From an uncultured bacterium (GTDB lineage: Bacteria; Zixibacteria; MSB-5A5; CAIYYT01), in contig CAVSCK010000004.1 of assembly GCA_963726455.1 (NCBI GenBank), positions 512,001 to 576,000 of the forward strand: DNA of 64,000 bases, written 5' to 3'. The translations under genes and the position numbers were made by a program. This document shows positions 22,025 to 31,907 of this stretch, one piece after another. Positions within the stretch are counted from its first letter, which is position 1. Each line of letters opens with the position of its first letter. The notes beneath the pieces were generated by a model. It was not told the origin of the DNA and made no database searches. It worked only from the letters and a program-made list of their open reading frames with translations.

Positions 22025-22612
22025 ATGCTTCCCGAATATTTCGCGATTATCGGTGCCATCATCGGCTCGCTTGGCGGCTTCTATTACTTATTCGAAACCA
22101 TCGTCGGCAAAGCCCAGCCCAACCGCGTCACCTGGCTGCTTTGGGGAATCTTCCCGATGGTCATCTTTGTGGCGCAAAGGGCGCGGGGCGTGGCGGGCAT
22201 ATCGTGGACGTCGTTTGTCGCCGGCCTTACACCGTTGCTTATCGTCGCTGCATCTTACCTTAACAAGAAGGCTTATTGGAAAAGTGAACCGCGCGACTAC
22301 TACCTGATGGCTGCGGCGATCATCGGCATCATCCTTTGGGCTATAACCGACAATGCGAACTTGGCCATACTGTTCTCGCTGCTGGCCGATATGCTGGCGG
22401 GCATGCCGACACTTATCAAGGCGTATCGCCATCCTCATACCGAGAGTTGGATTGCCTATGCTATCAGCACCTTCGGCTTCGGAATTGCCTTTCTGTCGGT
22501 TCAAACCTACAACTTTGAAAATACCACTTTTGTCGCCTACGTAGTTATCCTCAACGGCACCTTTGCGGTGCTGTCCTCCCGGGGCCGTGGTCATAAACAG
22601 GCAACTACCTAA
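22025..22612 (+). CDS. Multi-pass membrane protein of unknown function
   Basis: Six to seven hydrophobic segments; PNRVTWLLW and PTLIKAYRHP-TE motifs. Confidence 0.8.
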   Translation: MLPEYFAIIGAIIGSLGGFYYLFETIVGKAQPNRVTWLLWGIFPMVIFVAQRARGVAGISWTSFVAGLTPLLIVAASYLNKKAYWKSEPRDYYLMAAAIIGIILWAITDNANLAILFSLLADMLAGMPTLIKAYRHPHTESWIAYAISTFGFGIAFLSVQTYNFENTTFVAYVVILNGTFAVLSSRGRGHKQATT

Positions 22613-22739
22613 CCGGTAACCCACAGCTTGCCGTGGGAGCGCATCTGTCTACCACCGAAGACGCCAATCCACTTTTATTTGACACCTTTATCCTCCAATG
22701 ATTATTCTGCCGGGGGGAAACTTTAGAAAGGCAGGGAGA

Positions 22740-23081
22740 ATGCCTCCTGATGGAAATATAAGCAGCACCGCTCAGATACTTGAAGCGTCCCGGTCGGCCA
22801 TCGCGCTTATCGAGGGAAAATCTGCGGACGACCTGCGCAATGACAGCAACCTGACCCACGCTCTCGAGCAACAGATCGAAATCGTCGGCGAGGCCTCCAT
22901 GCGAACTTCGGCGGAATTTCGCGCTGCACATCCTGAGATCGACTGGCGGCAGATCAAACTTGCCGGCCGCAAGATCACGCACAGTCTGGCGCGCATGAAT
23001 GCGGATGACCTATTCAAATTCTGCGACACCGATTTGCGACGCATGATCCCGTTGCTGGAAAAGATACTGGATGTTGCTTGA
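22740..23081 (+). CDS. HepT-like (DUF86) HEPN-domain protein with degenerate active site
   Basis: IEIVGEAS and HPEIDW typical of DUF86; the R-x4-H position reads GRKITH. Confidence 0.75.
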   Translation: MPPDGNISSTAQILEASRSAIALIEGKSADDLRNDSNLTHALEQQIEIVGEASMRTSAEFRAAHPEIDWRQIKLAGRKITHSLARMNADDLFKFCDTDLRRMIPLLEKILDVA

Positions 23082-23103
23082 TCACGGTGAGTAGTACAGT
23101 AGT

Positions 23104-23162
23104 TCGAAACCCCGTGCGGAAGCGCTTCCGACTTCGATAATAAACTAAATGGGGTTTCGACA
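23104..23162. repeat. TCGAAACCCC...GGGGTTTCGA inverted-repeat family copy
   Basis: Same arms at 28170-28226 with a different interior. Confidence 0.6.
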
Positions 23163-23257
23163 ATTGCGGTCTTTGTTGCTCCACACTTGAATCTTGACAC
23201 GCTTTCTCTGAACCACCACATTCACTTCTGCAACCATCAAAAACGGAGGATTCCCAA

Positions 23258-23668
23258 GTGAACATGCAACCTAACCTTCTGGCGACACTTGTAGGGGGAG
23301 CGATCTACTGGGTCATCGGCGGTCTGTGGTACGCCGCCATCCTGGGCAAACCATATCAAGCCGCTCTGAAATTCGGCGAGGAGGGCGCGCCGCAAGTCAA
23401 GAAATCAATGCCGCTGGCGCTGGTGTTGTTCCTCATTAGCGGCCTCTTGTCTGCCTATGTCATGGGTCATATCGTCATGTACACCGGCGCGGTTACGTTT
23501 GTGAATGGCATGCTGGTCGGCTTCTGGATTTGGGCCGGATTCGCAATTACAATCGTTGTGAACCTTCACGTGTTCGAACACCGACCGCAGCCGCTCTTAT
23601 GGATTAACAGTATTTTCTATATGGTGGCCCTGCCAATACTGGGTGGAATCATGGCGATCTGGAAGTAG
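23258..23668 (+). CDS. DUF1761-like membrane protein
   Basis: Four TM helices; IGGLWY, GFWIWAGF and VFEHRP-LLWIN motifs; RBS GGAGG. Confidence 0.8.
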   Translation: MNMQPNLLATLVGGAIYWVIGGLWYAAILGKPYQAALKFGEEGAPQVKKSMPLALVLFLISGLLSAYVMGHIVMYTGAVTFVNGMLVGFWIWAGFAITIVVNLHVFEHRPQPLLWINSIFYMVALPILGGIMAIWK

Positions 23669-23812
23669 ACATTAATCCTGTCGCGGTTTTGATATTCCTA
23701 AATTGCAGGTAAGACACACACTCATCTTTGCACGGCGCCACGGGTTCTGCCGCGTCGCCGGCAATTCTGCTCCTTGCTCGCCGATTCATTCCCGACTATC
23801 TTGCCGGAGCGT

Positions 23813-25706
23813 ATGAATCGAAGCAAACGTCACGACAACACAGTTTCGCCTTCTGCCGCCTCCCGACAGAGTATTTCCGACAAGCCCTGGTTATGGATAG
23901 CAATCGTCGCAGCCATAGCCACGCTCGTCCGGGTCATCTACTGGCTTGAATCCGGCGATGACCCTTTGCGCGGGCAGTTGCTGCTGGATGCCAAAGTCTA
24001 CGATCTGATGGCGACCGAAATTGCCCGGGAGACTTTCTGGGGAAGCGAGGTCTTCTTCCGCGCGCCGCTATTCCAATATATTCTAGCGTTCACCTATCAA
24101 CTGTTCGGCATCCAGCAGACCGCCATCACATTCCTGAATCTTCTGATGGGAGTAGCTGCCGCCGTTCTGACCTATCTCACTGCGCGAAACTATCTGCGCG
24201 AGAATTGGGCGCGCGATTGCTGGTATTGTCGCCGCCCTCTATCCGACCTTGTACTATTTCGAGCACGAAATCATGCCGACCGCGACGGAAGTGTTCACCT
24301 TCGCGTTGACTCTGTTTGTGTTTTCGCTTTATGATCGCTTCCGGAAACCAACATTCCTTCTGCTGGGTGGATTGTCGCTCGGCATTGCTGCGCTCGCGCG
24401 GCCGAACATCCTGTTGTTTGGCCTGACGCTGCCGATCTGGCTCTGGCTGCTGCACCGTGATGACGGTTGGAACACGATACTCCGCCGCCTCTCACCGATC
24501 GTTGTTGCTGCCACAGTTGTGATCTTACCTTGCACGGTACGAAACTACGTCGTCGGGCATGAATTCGTGCTTATCTCCGCGCAAGGCGGCGCCAATTTCT
24601 ACATGGGTAACAATGCCGACGCCGACGGACAAACTGCAAGTTTCCCGGCACAGTCCGGTGTCGTCAGCAAGTTCGGCGACCACATCTGGACCGACTCCAA
24701 GGCACTCGCGGAGCAGAGGACAGGCCGCAGCATGTCGCCGAGCGAGGTGTCATCGTACTGGTTCGGCGAGGGCCTCCGTTATGCCACCGGCCATCCGTTG
24801 AGCTGGTTGGAATTGTCTCTGAAAAAACTGTATCTGACCTTCTGCGGCGAGGAGTTGTTTAATAACGAGGATCCGCTATCCGGCCGCCGTTATGCGTTCG
24901 TGTATTCGCTGTTCATCTGGTCTTTCGGCCTGCGATTTCCCTATGGTCTGCTTGCGCCGTTGTGCGTCCTTGGAATCCTGACTGCTTTCCGCAAACAGCG
25001 CGCTCCGTGGCTTCCGATCTTGTTCGTCCTGTCGCAAGTTGCGTCGGTCGCATTGTTCTTTGTCTGCTCGCGTTATCGACAGCCGATGATTCCTGCCATG
25101 ATCATCCTTGCTGTCGTCGGCGTGAGCGAATTATGGGCAGCATTCAAGAGCGCGAAACGGAGACAGTTTGTCAAGCTCGTGTCTGCGGGTGTGATACTGG
25201 CGATCATTCTTAATCCACCGTTCACTGTCGCAAGCGCGTCTAACCGCTCCATGTATCACGTCCTCGTCGGCAGGGCGTTGATCAATGACAGCAAAAGTGA
25301 TCTTGCGATTTCGGAACTATCGTCTGCCGGTGAAATTGACAGCCGCAATAATCTTGCGTATCATTACCTCGGTATGGCCTATGCCAATACCGGGCACCTC
25401 GATCTCGCGCTGAACGCTCTCAAAAAGGCGGAAGCGCTGAATCCCAACTACGCGAAGACTCTTATGTTGCTCACGCGGGTATATTACGACCTGAAAGATT
25501 ACCGTGGCGCTTACAACTATCTCGAACGAACCCGTGCACTCGATTCAACTTCGGCATCAGGATACGTTCCTTTCTGGATTGGTGCGCGTTCGGCATTAGC
25601 AGTTGGAAATGTTAGCGTCGCAAGGGGGTACCTCGATCGGCTTCTGGCCCTCAACCCCAACGACCGTGACGCGAAAGCACTCTTGGATTCTTTGGGCTTG
25701 AAGTAG
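23813..25706 (+). pseudogene. GT39/ArnT-like membrane glycosyltransferase with C-terminal TPRs; frameshift near 24210
   Basis: LDAKVYD, FRAPL, LARPN, RNY, GGANFYMGNN, SRYRQP and TPR helices; the two ORFs join across GGGCGCGCGATT. Confidence 0.8.
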
Positions 25707-25779
25707 CTGCGTGGTTCATCTCTGCTTGAGTGCCGAAGAACTTGCTCGGTGACTCCTCAAATCTGCCGATATATAATAC

Positions 25780-26064
25780 ATGCTCGTTGTTCTCGGCACC
25801 ATCTGGCCAATGATAACGTTCCCGCTGGTACTTGTGGCGGCGATCGTTTCCCCCAAGCGCTATCGCTGGCGGGTACTCTTCATCACGCCGATAGTTCTGA
25901 TACTCCCCTGCATTCTCTTTGTCAATGCACTCACCGACAACAGTAATCTCTTGTTCGCTGTGATCATGGGATTTGCGATGCTTGGCTGGGCGGCCTACTA
26001 TTTGGTCCTCATCGTCGTCAGGTTGGCCACTCTGGTCCGAAGCGCCGGCGCCAGGCAGACTTAG
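25780..26064 (+). CDS. Small membrane protein
   Basis: Three hydrophobic segments; no recognisable family. Confidence 0.5.
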   Translation: MLVVLGTIWPMITFPLVLVAAIVSPKRYRWRVLFITPIVLILPCILFVNALTDNSNLLFAVIMGFAMLGWAAYYLVLIVVRLATLVRSAGARQT

Positions 26065-26280
26065 AAGCATCCTGTTCGAATCTTCGACACCTCGCCGTGG
26101 CATTTCTCCCCGTCTCGTTCGCAACGTGGCATAATGCAACCATAAGCGTGGCTGATCAACTATTTCTGAACTGTTTGAATTGTTTTCCGCTCGACTCGTG
26201 TGAAGTGATTCATCGCCCACCGTATCATCAATGAGAAAAACGGAAACCAAAGGTAATTACATACCAAGGAGAGTCTAGAA

Positions 26281-26589
26281 ATGAGAGTCGTCGTCTTAGT
26301 CACGCGGGAGGGCTTCACCAAAAATATTTACGACCAACTGATGCGCGAGTTGAATGTCGAGGACAACCCGCCCAAGGGCATGGTCACGCATATTGCGACG
26401 TTCGACAACAAAGGGATTCGGGTCACCGATATCTGGGAAAGCGAACAGGATTTTCGCAATTTCTCGGAAAAGCGGTTGATGCCCGGGCTCAACAAGGTGG
26501 GATTCAGGGAGAAACCGACGATCGAGATCTATCCGCTGGCGCTGTATCTCACGGAAGAGAAACTACACAAGCACGCCGGAGTCCACTAG
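26281..26589 (+). CDS. Small hypothetical protein (possible dimeric alpha-beta barrel)
   Basis: RBS AAGGAG; PPKG-V-H and IRVTDIWES-QDF-F motifs. Confidence 0.75.
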   Translation: MRVVVLVTREGFTKNIYDQLMRELNVEDNPPKGMVTHIATFDNKGIRVTDIWESEQDFRNFSEKRLMPGLNKVGFREKPTIEIYPLALYLTEEKLHKHAGVH

Positions 26590-26654
26590 AAGCTGGACTG
26601 GCCAGGATTGTTCCACGACCCCGACTGCCTACCGGCCGGGGTCTTTTTTTGTTC

Positions 26655-26921
26655 GTGCGCGGCAGTCGTCCTCGCCCGACTCGCCAGATCCTGTGCGCGG
26701 CAGTCGTCCTCGCCTGCCGCGTCGTACCACAATCTCAATCTTGCCCTCGCCATCGCGAATTCATATCCCGTGCGCGGCAGTCGTCCTCGCCTGCCGCGTC
26801 GTACCACAATCTCAGTCTTGCCCTCACCGTCGCGAATTCATATCCCGTGCGCGGCAGTCGTCCTCGCCTGCCGCGTCGTGCCACAATCTCAATCTTGCCC
26901 TCGCCATCGCGAATTAATATC
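26655..26921. repeat. 77-bp tandem repeat (3 copies plus a partial) carrying a GCGGCAG/CTGCCGC hairpin
   Basis: Units start at 26693, 26770 and 26847; partial unit at 26655. Confidence 0.9.
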
Positions 26922-26929
26922 TTCATCCC

Positions 26930-27442
26930 ATGTATATCCGCAAACTCACTCACGACGACATTTCTGCCTTCCGGGACATCCGTATCGAAATGTGTGAGCG
27001 GCATCCTGAGGCGTTCGGGCAGACCGCCGACGAAGTCAGCGCTATGCCGGCAGAGAAGGCCGTCGAGTGGATCGGTCCCTGCGACAAATTTCCGGAGCGA
27101 TTTGTACTGGCTGCTTTCGACAACGATCAGATTGTTGCCACCGTTGCCTTCATGCGCGAGGATGTTGCCAAGGAACGCCATCGCGGTTGGATTTGGTCGG
27201 TCTATGTTCGTCCTGAGGCGCGCGGCAAGGGAATCAGCAAACTTCTGATGCAGCAACTAATCAGTGAAGCCCGCAAGTGTGACGGCCTGGAAATGCTAAC
27301 GCTATCTGTCTCGCTGCCGCAGACTTCCGCCCGTACTCTGTACACGTCACTCGGCTTCTTCACGACCGGCCTGAATCTTCATGCGTACAAATTGCCTGAC
27401 GGCCGCTACATCGACCACGAACTAATGACCTTGTGGCTATAA
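26930..27442 (+). CDS. GNAT family N-acetyltransferase
   Basis: VYVRPEARGKGIS acetyl-CoA motif; ARTLYTSLGF. Confidence 0.92.
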   Translation: MYIRKLTHDDISAFRDIRIEMCERHPEAFGQTADEVSAMPAEKAVEWIGPCDKFPERFVLAAFDNDQIVATVAFMREDVAKERHRGWIWSVYVRPEARGKGISKLLMQQLISEARKCDGLEMLTLSVSLPQTSARTLYTSLGFFTTGLNLHAYKLPDGRYIDHELMTLWL

Positions 27443-27575
27443 CGCGTTACCGATTTCCACATCGCAAACCTCGACCGATCTAGACTCGTATCTGAATAAA
27501 AGCGATAGACAGCCGGGGGACCGACTGGTAGATTGTTTTTACGACAATAACCAAGTATCAAGGAGGAGTAACACT

Positions 27576-28148
27576 ATGAAACGATCAAGTTTCGTGCTGC
27601 TTGTGTGCGCGTTTCTATTCCTGGCGTTTCCGATTTTGGCGGAGGACGCAAAGACCGCCCAGCCGCAAGGAATGCCGTCCATGGGTCCGCCGGAAGAGAT
27701 GAAACAACTGGCCTACCTGATCGGCACCTGGGATTATACAATGAAAATGAAAATGAATCCTGCCGACACCATGTGGATGGATTCCAAGGGCACGGTCAAG
27801 TATGAGCAGGTTTATGGCGGCGCCGCTCTCCAGTCCACGACGCAGGATCAAGGGATGGGAATGCCTTTCACCGGCGGCGGCTTCGTCTGCTACGATCGTG
27901 AAACCAAGAAATGGCAGATGAGCTGGATTGACAATATGTCCGCGCGGCTCTCCCTCTACACCGGCACTCACACTGCCAACAGCACGGTGTTCACGGGTGA
28001 GGACGTTATGATGGGAAAGCCGGAGATGTCCCGCATGACTTCTTTCAACGAGACTCCGACCGCCTTCGAATGGAAAGGCGAGGTCTCCTATGACAACGGC
28101 AAAACCTGGATGACCTGGGGCACCGCCAAATACGCCAAACGCCAGTAA
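27576..28148 (+). CDS. DUF1579-like secreted protein
   Basis: Signal peptide; LAYLIGTW, YDRETKKWQMSWIDNM and SYDNGKTW; RBS AGGAGG. Confidence 0.8.
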   Translation: MKRSSFVLLVCAFLFLAFPILAEDAKTAQPQGMPSMGPPEEMKQLAYLIGTWDYTMKMKMNPADTMWMDSKGTVKYEQVYGGAALQSTTQDQGMGMPFTGGGFVCYDRETKKWQMSWIDNMSARLSLYTGTHTANSTVFTGEDVMMGKPEMSRMTSFNETPTAFEWKGEVSYDNGKTWMTWGTAKYAKRQ

Positions 28149-28169
28149 CGCGCCCCTAAAGTTAGTTGA

Positions 28170-28534
28170 TCGAAACCCCGAATGTAGCGCGTGCGAAATG
28201 CATCTGCTGCATCCGGGGTTTCGACATTCTTTCCCCGCGCCGTCAGGAATCCTTTGCTGACGGAAACCTCTGAACCCAGTAGGTTGAACATTCCTGTTTG
28301 ACATTTCCTCGTCTGCCATTTGTTCCGCCCCAGAACGAGACAAGCAAGAATCCTTATCCTACTAACCTTCCCCTCGCCCTTCGGGAGAGGGGCCAGGGGT
28401 GAGGGAGCGCGCCTATCGACACATATCCCTTCTCCGCGCCGTCAGGAATCCTTTCCTGACGGGGTTCGACAGTCTTCCTCTTGATCGTTGTGTCAGGTCT
28501 TACCCCGCGACGAAGTCGGGGCGTGACCTGACAC
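28170..28534. repeat. Mosaic of palindromic repeats
   Basis: TCGAAACCCC inverted repeat, two GCCGTCAGGAATCCTTT-x-CTGACGG copies (about 28238 and 28438), a CCCTC-family copy (28366) and a GTCAGGTC hairpin (28490). Confidence 0.75.
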
Positions 28535-29063
28535 CACCGAATCTCCTGTTTTCGTAGTGCCGAACACCAAAAATCTCGATGAGCCCTATAAGTAGAGGAC
28601 GTTGTCAGCGACCATGGCCTCGCGCGGGTTTCCCGTGTCGACAAGTGTGTCGGACTGATGCCGACTCAGCGCTGAGATGAACCGTGTGGATCGGATCGAC
28701 CGATCCAGTGGCCACCCGAGCCATCCCGTTATGGGACACGGCAATACCAAACGGCTTCGGGTTTTTCGCGATGCACGCGCTGGCGCAACGTATCGTGAGC
28801 GGCACATCTACAGGTGTGTCCGCGCAGGATGCGCCAAAGAACCGCGCTACTATAGCGCCGACAACCCTTAGCGTAGCGCTACGCGACCTTTTATTAAGTC
28901 GATCCGATGAGCAAATCGAGATCGAAAGAGGTTCGCGAATAGGGCAAGTATGTCGCTTGCCCTGATGGAAGAGTGTCTCTTGGTGGGGCGTTGGTGTGCT
29001 ATTGCTATTGCAGGTAACACAACGGGCGACCTCGCTCGGCCGCCCGTCATGTCAAAGGATGTA

Positions 29064-29723
29064 TTAGAATCTGCCGAAGCCAATGGCGAAGTTGATGGTC
29101 GCGCCTTCCAGATCGTGCTGGGTATAGCGCTGGCTGTGCAGATCGTTGACAAACCGATAGCCCGCTCCCAGACTGACGCGTACATAGCGCGACAAGTTCT
29201 GAGACAGATCAATCTGCGGTTCAAGGACGAAGAAGCTCTTATCGTGATGGTAGTCGTAGTAGTCGTAATAGGGGAGGTGTTCATTCACGGAACCACCGCC
29301 TATCAGCATGCCAAACGATATCTGTCCCGACCGTGGTTTGCCGGTGATTACCCCAAACTCGAGACCGCCATAACCGAAGTCCCAGCCGTTGCCATGGTCG
29401 TAGTAGTCGTTATAGGGATAGCCCATGTGTTGATGATAGCGGGTGTCGGGCAATCCGTAGCCGGCAAGTCCGACATAGAAACTGTTGTTAAACTCCAGAC
29501 CACCCCGGACCCCAACCATGGCCTTGAAGTCGTCTTTGATTTCGCCGACCTTAAGTACCGGCGCCACGTACCAGCCGATGCCTACTCTGGATTCCTGGGT
29601 CTGGTGCCGGCCACCTTCGCTGCCGCCGCCACCCGATGGCTTCTTGTGTCCGGGGGTCTTGACAACGGCAAAGGCATTCGCCGTCAGGCCGAGTATCGCG
29701 ACTAGTGTTATGAGCTTGCGCAT
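29064..29723 (-). CDS. Outer-membrane beta-barrel-like protein
   Basis: Signal peptide, alternating hydrophobic strands, LGAGYRFV, C-terminal GRF; RBS AGGAGG. Confidence 0.75.
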   Translation of the reverse strand: MRKLITLVAILGLTANAFAVVKTPGHKKPSGGGGSEGGRHQTQESRVGIGWYVAPVLKVGEIKDDFKAMVGVRGGLEFNNSFYVGLAGYGLPDTRYHQHMGYPYNDYYDHGNGWDFGYGGLEFGVITGKPRSGQISFGMLIGGGSVNEHLPYYDYYDYHHDKSFFVLEPQIDLSQNLSRYVRVSLGAGYRFVNDLHSQRYTQHDLEGATINFAIGFGRF

Positions 29724-29776
29724 TCTATCCTCCTATCAAGGGAACCATTATTCATCACGTTCATGCTGATCACATA

Positions 29777-29792
29777 ATCAAGAACCGTGCCC
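29777..29792 (-). promoter_or_regulatory. Possible sigma54 promoter for 29064-29723
   Basis: Minus strand GGGCACG-GTTC-TTGAT; the -24 box matches consensus but -12 is GA instead of GC. Confidence 0.4.
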
Positions 29793-30728
29793 AAGTGGCT
29801 AACTCGCACTACACGTATGAGTTAAGCAATTGCCGGCGCGGTTGGACTGCACACAAATCAGGCGTTTCGACACTGCAGACGCTCGAAATCTACACGCCTT
29901 ATCAATCCTTAGAGCATTACGAACCGCAGACTCCAATTGCTCAATTTCAGTGAAAGGCATCCTCACCGGACGTCCGGAGCCATCCCGTGAAACGGATAAT
30001 TGACCGACAAGTTGCATTGGGTGAGTCACAACCGTCAATTGCGCTCCGTGTTGCTGTACACGCAATCGACACGCCAGGTTTTCGTTAACTTGCTTTCAGG
30101 GCGCGCCTCAGGAAGATCTTTGAATGTGCGACTTTAGGTCGATGTCCAATGTCTGGACAATCGTCCGGCGATTTTCGCGACGGTATCCTAATCGCCGAAG
30201 GTCAGTGCATTTTACGACCAGCATTTCACCCTTTATTGACGCGCCTCGGAAGCGATAAGCAAACTTGCATCGTTCCAAAGCAAACTCTGGCACTGAAGTT
30301 GCTTTAATGATTGCTGCAATCCGTGATGTAATCAAAGTTTGTTTGTGAGGTTAGTTTGAAGCAGAGTTGTTTCAACGTCACACGTTGCATCCAAGTATTT
30401 CCCACTGCAACCACTTATTCAAGGCCTGCGGCGAAGATTTGTTTTGGCTTTGGCTTGTTGGGGAGCGGCCTTGCGCTTCGTTCGCGACAGCGCGAGTGAC
30501 CAGACAGATACCATGAGGGGGAGGCGAAGAGCCCTGGCAGGATGCCGGGGCTTTTCGTACATATGTACCGAAACAAGCTCGGCATTGCGTACATAAGTCG
30601 GAGGGTGTGTTGGACGTGTCTGTTGAAAAATCAGACGCTCAGGTCAATAAAAGTATGTTGACATATAAGAGTTCATAGAGCATATTATCAACGGAGAAAC
30701 TATAACAGTGAGTGCAAGGTGACTGCTT

Positions 30729-31157
30729 ATGGCTCAAGTTTGTGAACGCTGTCGAACCAATCTCTATCTCCGTCACGCCTACATGTGGTATTCCCGATGC
30801 GTCTGCCATTCCTGCCTTAAAGACATGGAGGCGGGTAGAAAGTGGTTCGAGCATCCGTTTCGTCCTGCCCTCGCCAGCCCCCGAAAAATCCCTATTCTCG
30901 CGGGGCTGCTCGCGTTACTTTTCGGTCCTTTCGGCATGCTATATGTCGGTATGTTCTGGAAGCCGTTGGTCAGCGAAATCCTCTTTTACGCAGTCCTCAT
31001 CACGGCGCTGGTAACAACTCCGGAAGGCGAAGTCCTTTTGGTCAGTGTTGCCGGCATTCTTGGCATAGGTCATTCTTTTCTGTTACCGGGCTGGGCTATG
31101 CGCCGCGCCAAGGACATTAACGCCGGCGAATGCGAATCGCTCGACTGCGATTCGTGA
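30729..31157 (+). CDS. Hypothetical membrane protein with N-terminal Cys pairs
   Basis: CERC...CHSC, then LALLFGPFGMLY (TM2-like) and further TM helices. Confidence 0.65.
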   Translation: MAQVCERCRTNLYLRHAYMWYSRCVCHSCLKDMEAGRKWFEHPFRPALASPRKIPILAGLLALLFGPFGMLYVGMFWKPLVSEILFYAVLITALVTTPEGEVLLVSVAGILGIGHSFLLPGWAMRRAKDINAGECESLDCDS

Positions 31158-31167
31158 AATGACCTTC

Positions 31168-31776
31168 TTACGGCCGATTGTCTAAAGATTTCCACAGATA
31201 GAGAGACGCTACGGTGCGATAGGGGCGCCAGGGCTTGCTGACACGCTCAATTGAATTCGGAGTAAGTCTGATTCGGTAGAGTTGCGTCAGCGTCTTGCGA
31301 ATGCCCAGATCACGATCGGGAAAGACGTCAGGACGCGCCAGCACGAACATCAGATACATCTGCGCGCTCCACGGTCCCATGCCTTTGACCTGCGTAATTG
31401 CCGCGGCAACGTCGTCATCGCAACATTCGGCAAGCTTGGCGATCCGTAACTTGCGACTTTCGACATGCTCAACCAGCGAACGGAGCGCGTTGACTTTGGG
31501 GCGCGACACTCCGGCGGCGCGAAGCCGGGCATCGCTGCAGGCGCCGAGCGATTTTGCATTCATACGCCCGCCGACCGCAAGTTTGACTCTGCCAAATATG
31601 GTGTCGGCGGCCTTGCCGGACAGTTGCTGGCCGATGATGATGCGCGCCAGCATTTCGAAAGTATTCGGAAGTCTCGGCATCGGCAATATTCCATGCTTCT
31701 CAATCAGATCCTTCATAATGGGATCGACTTTCTTCAGGTGGCGCAACGCCTGTAGTACATCATGGGCGATCATCAT
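31168..31776 (-). CDS. DNA-3-methyladenine glycosylase II (AlkA/HhH-GPD family)
   Basis: IIGQQLSGKAA, VKGMGPWSA HhH, DVFP-DLGI and WRPYRTVAS-YLW; start uncertain. Confidence 0.92.
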   Translation of the reverse strand: MMIAHDVLQALRHLKKVDPIMKDLIEKHGILPMPRLPNTFEMLARIIIGQQLSGKAADTIFGRVKLAVGGRMNAKSLGACSDARLRAAGVSRPKVNALRSLVEHVESRKLRIAKLAECCDDDVAAAITQVKGMGPWSAQMYLMFVLARPDVFPDRDLGIRKTLTQLYRIRLTPNSIERVSKPWRPYRTVASLYLWKSLDNRP

Positions 31777-31907
31777 TCGTGGCAAGATCGCGTTCACGCA
31801 CGATCCTGTCAAGCTGCGATTGATTGCCGGTTGTGCGTCGTTTTATTTGTTGACTCACGGTACGACAATCGCCAGATTTCCGCTAAACGCACAGATACGG
31901 AGGCAAG

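Noticed and set aside
26586-27256. Repetitive ORFs across the 77-bp repeat
   Set aside because: They are by-products of the DNA repeat, whose period is not a multiple of 3, and they overlap the GNAT gene.
19400-28200. Integron cassette array
   Set aside because: The genes are short and co-oriented, but I found no paired RYYYAAC/GTTRRRY attC boxes and no integron integrase.
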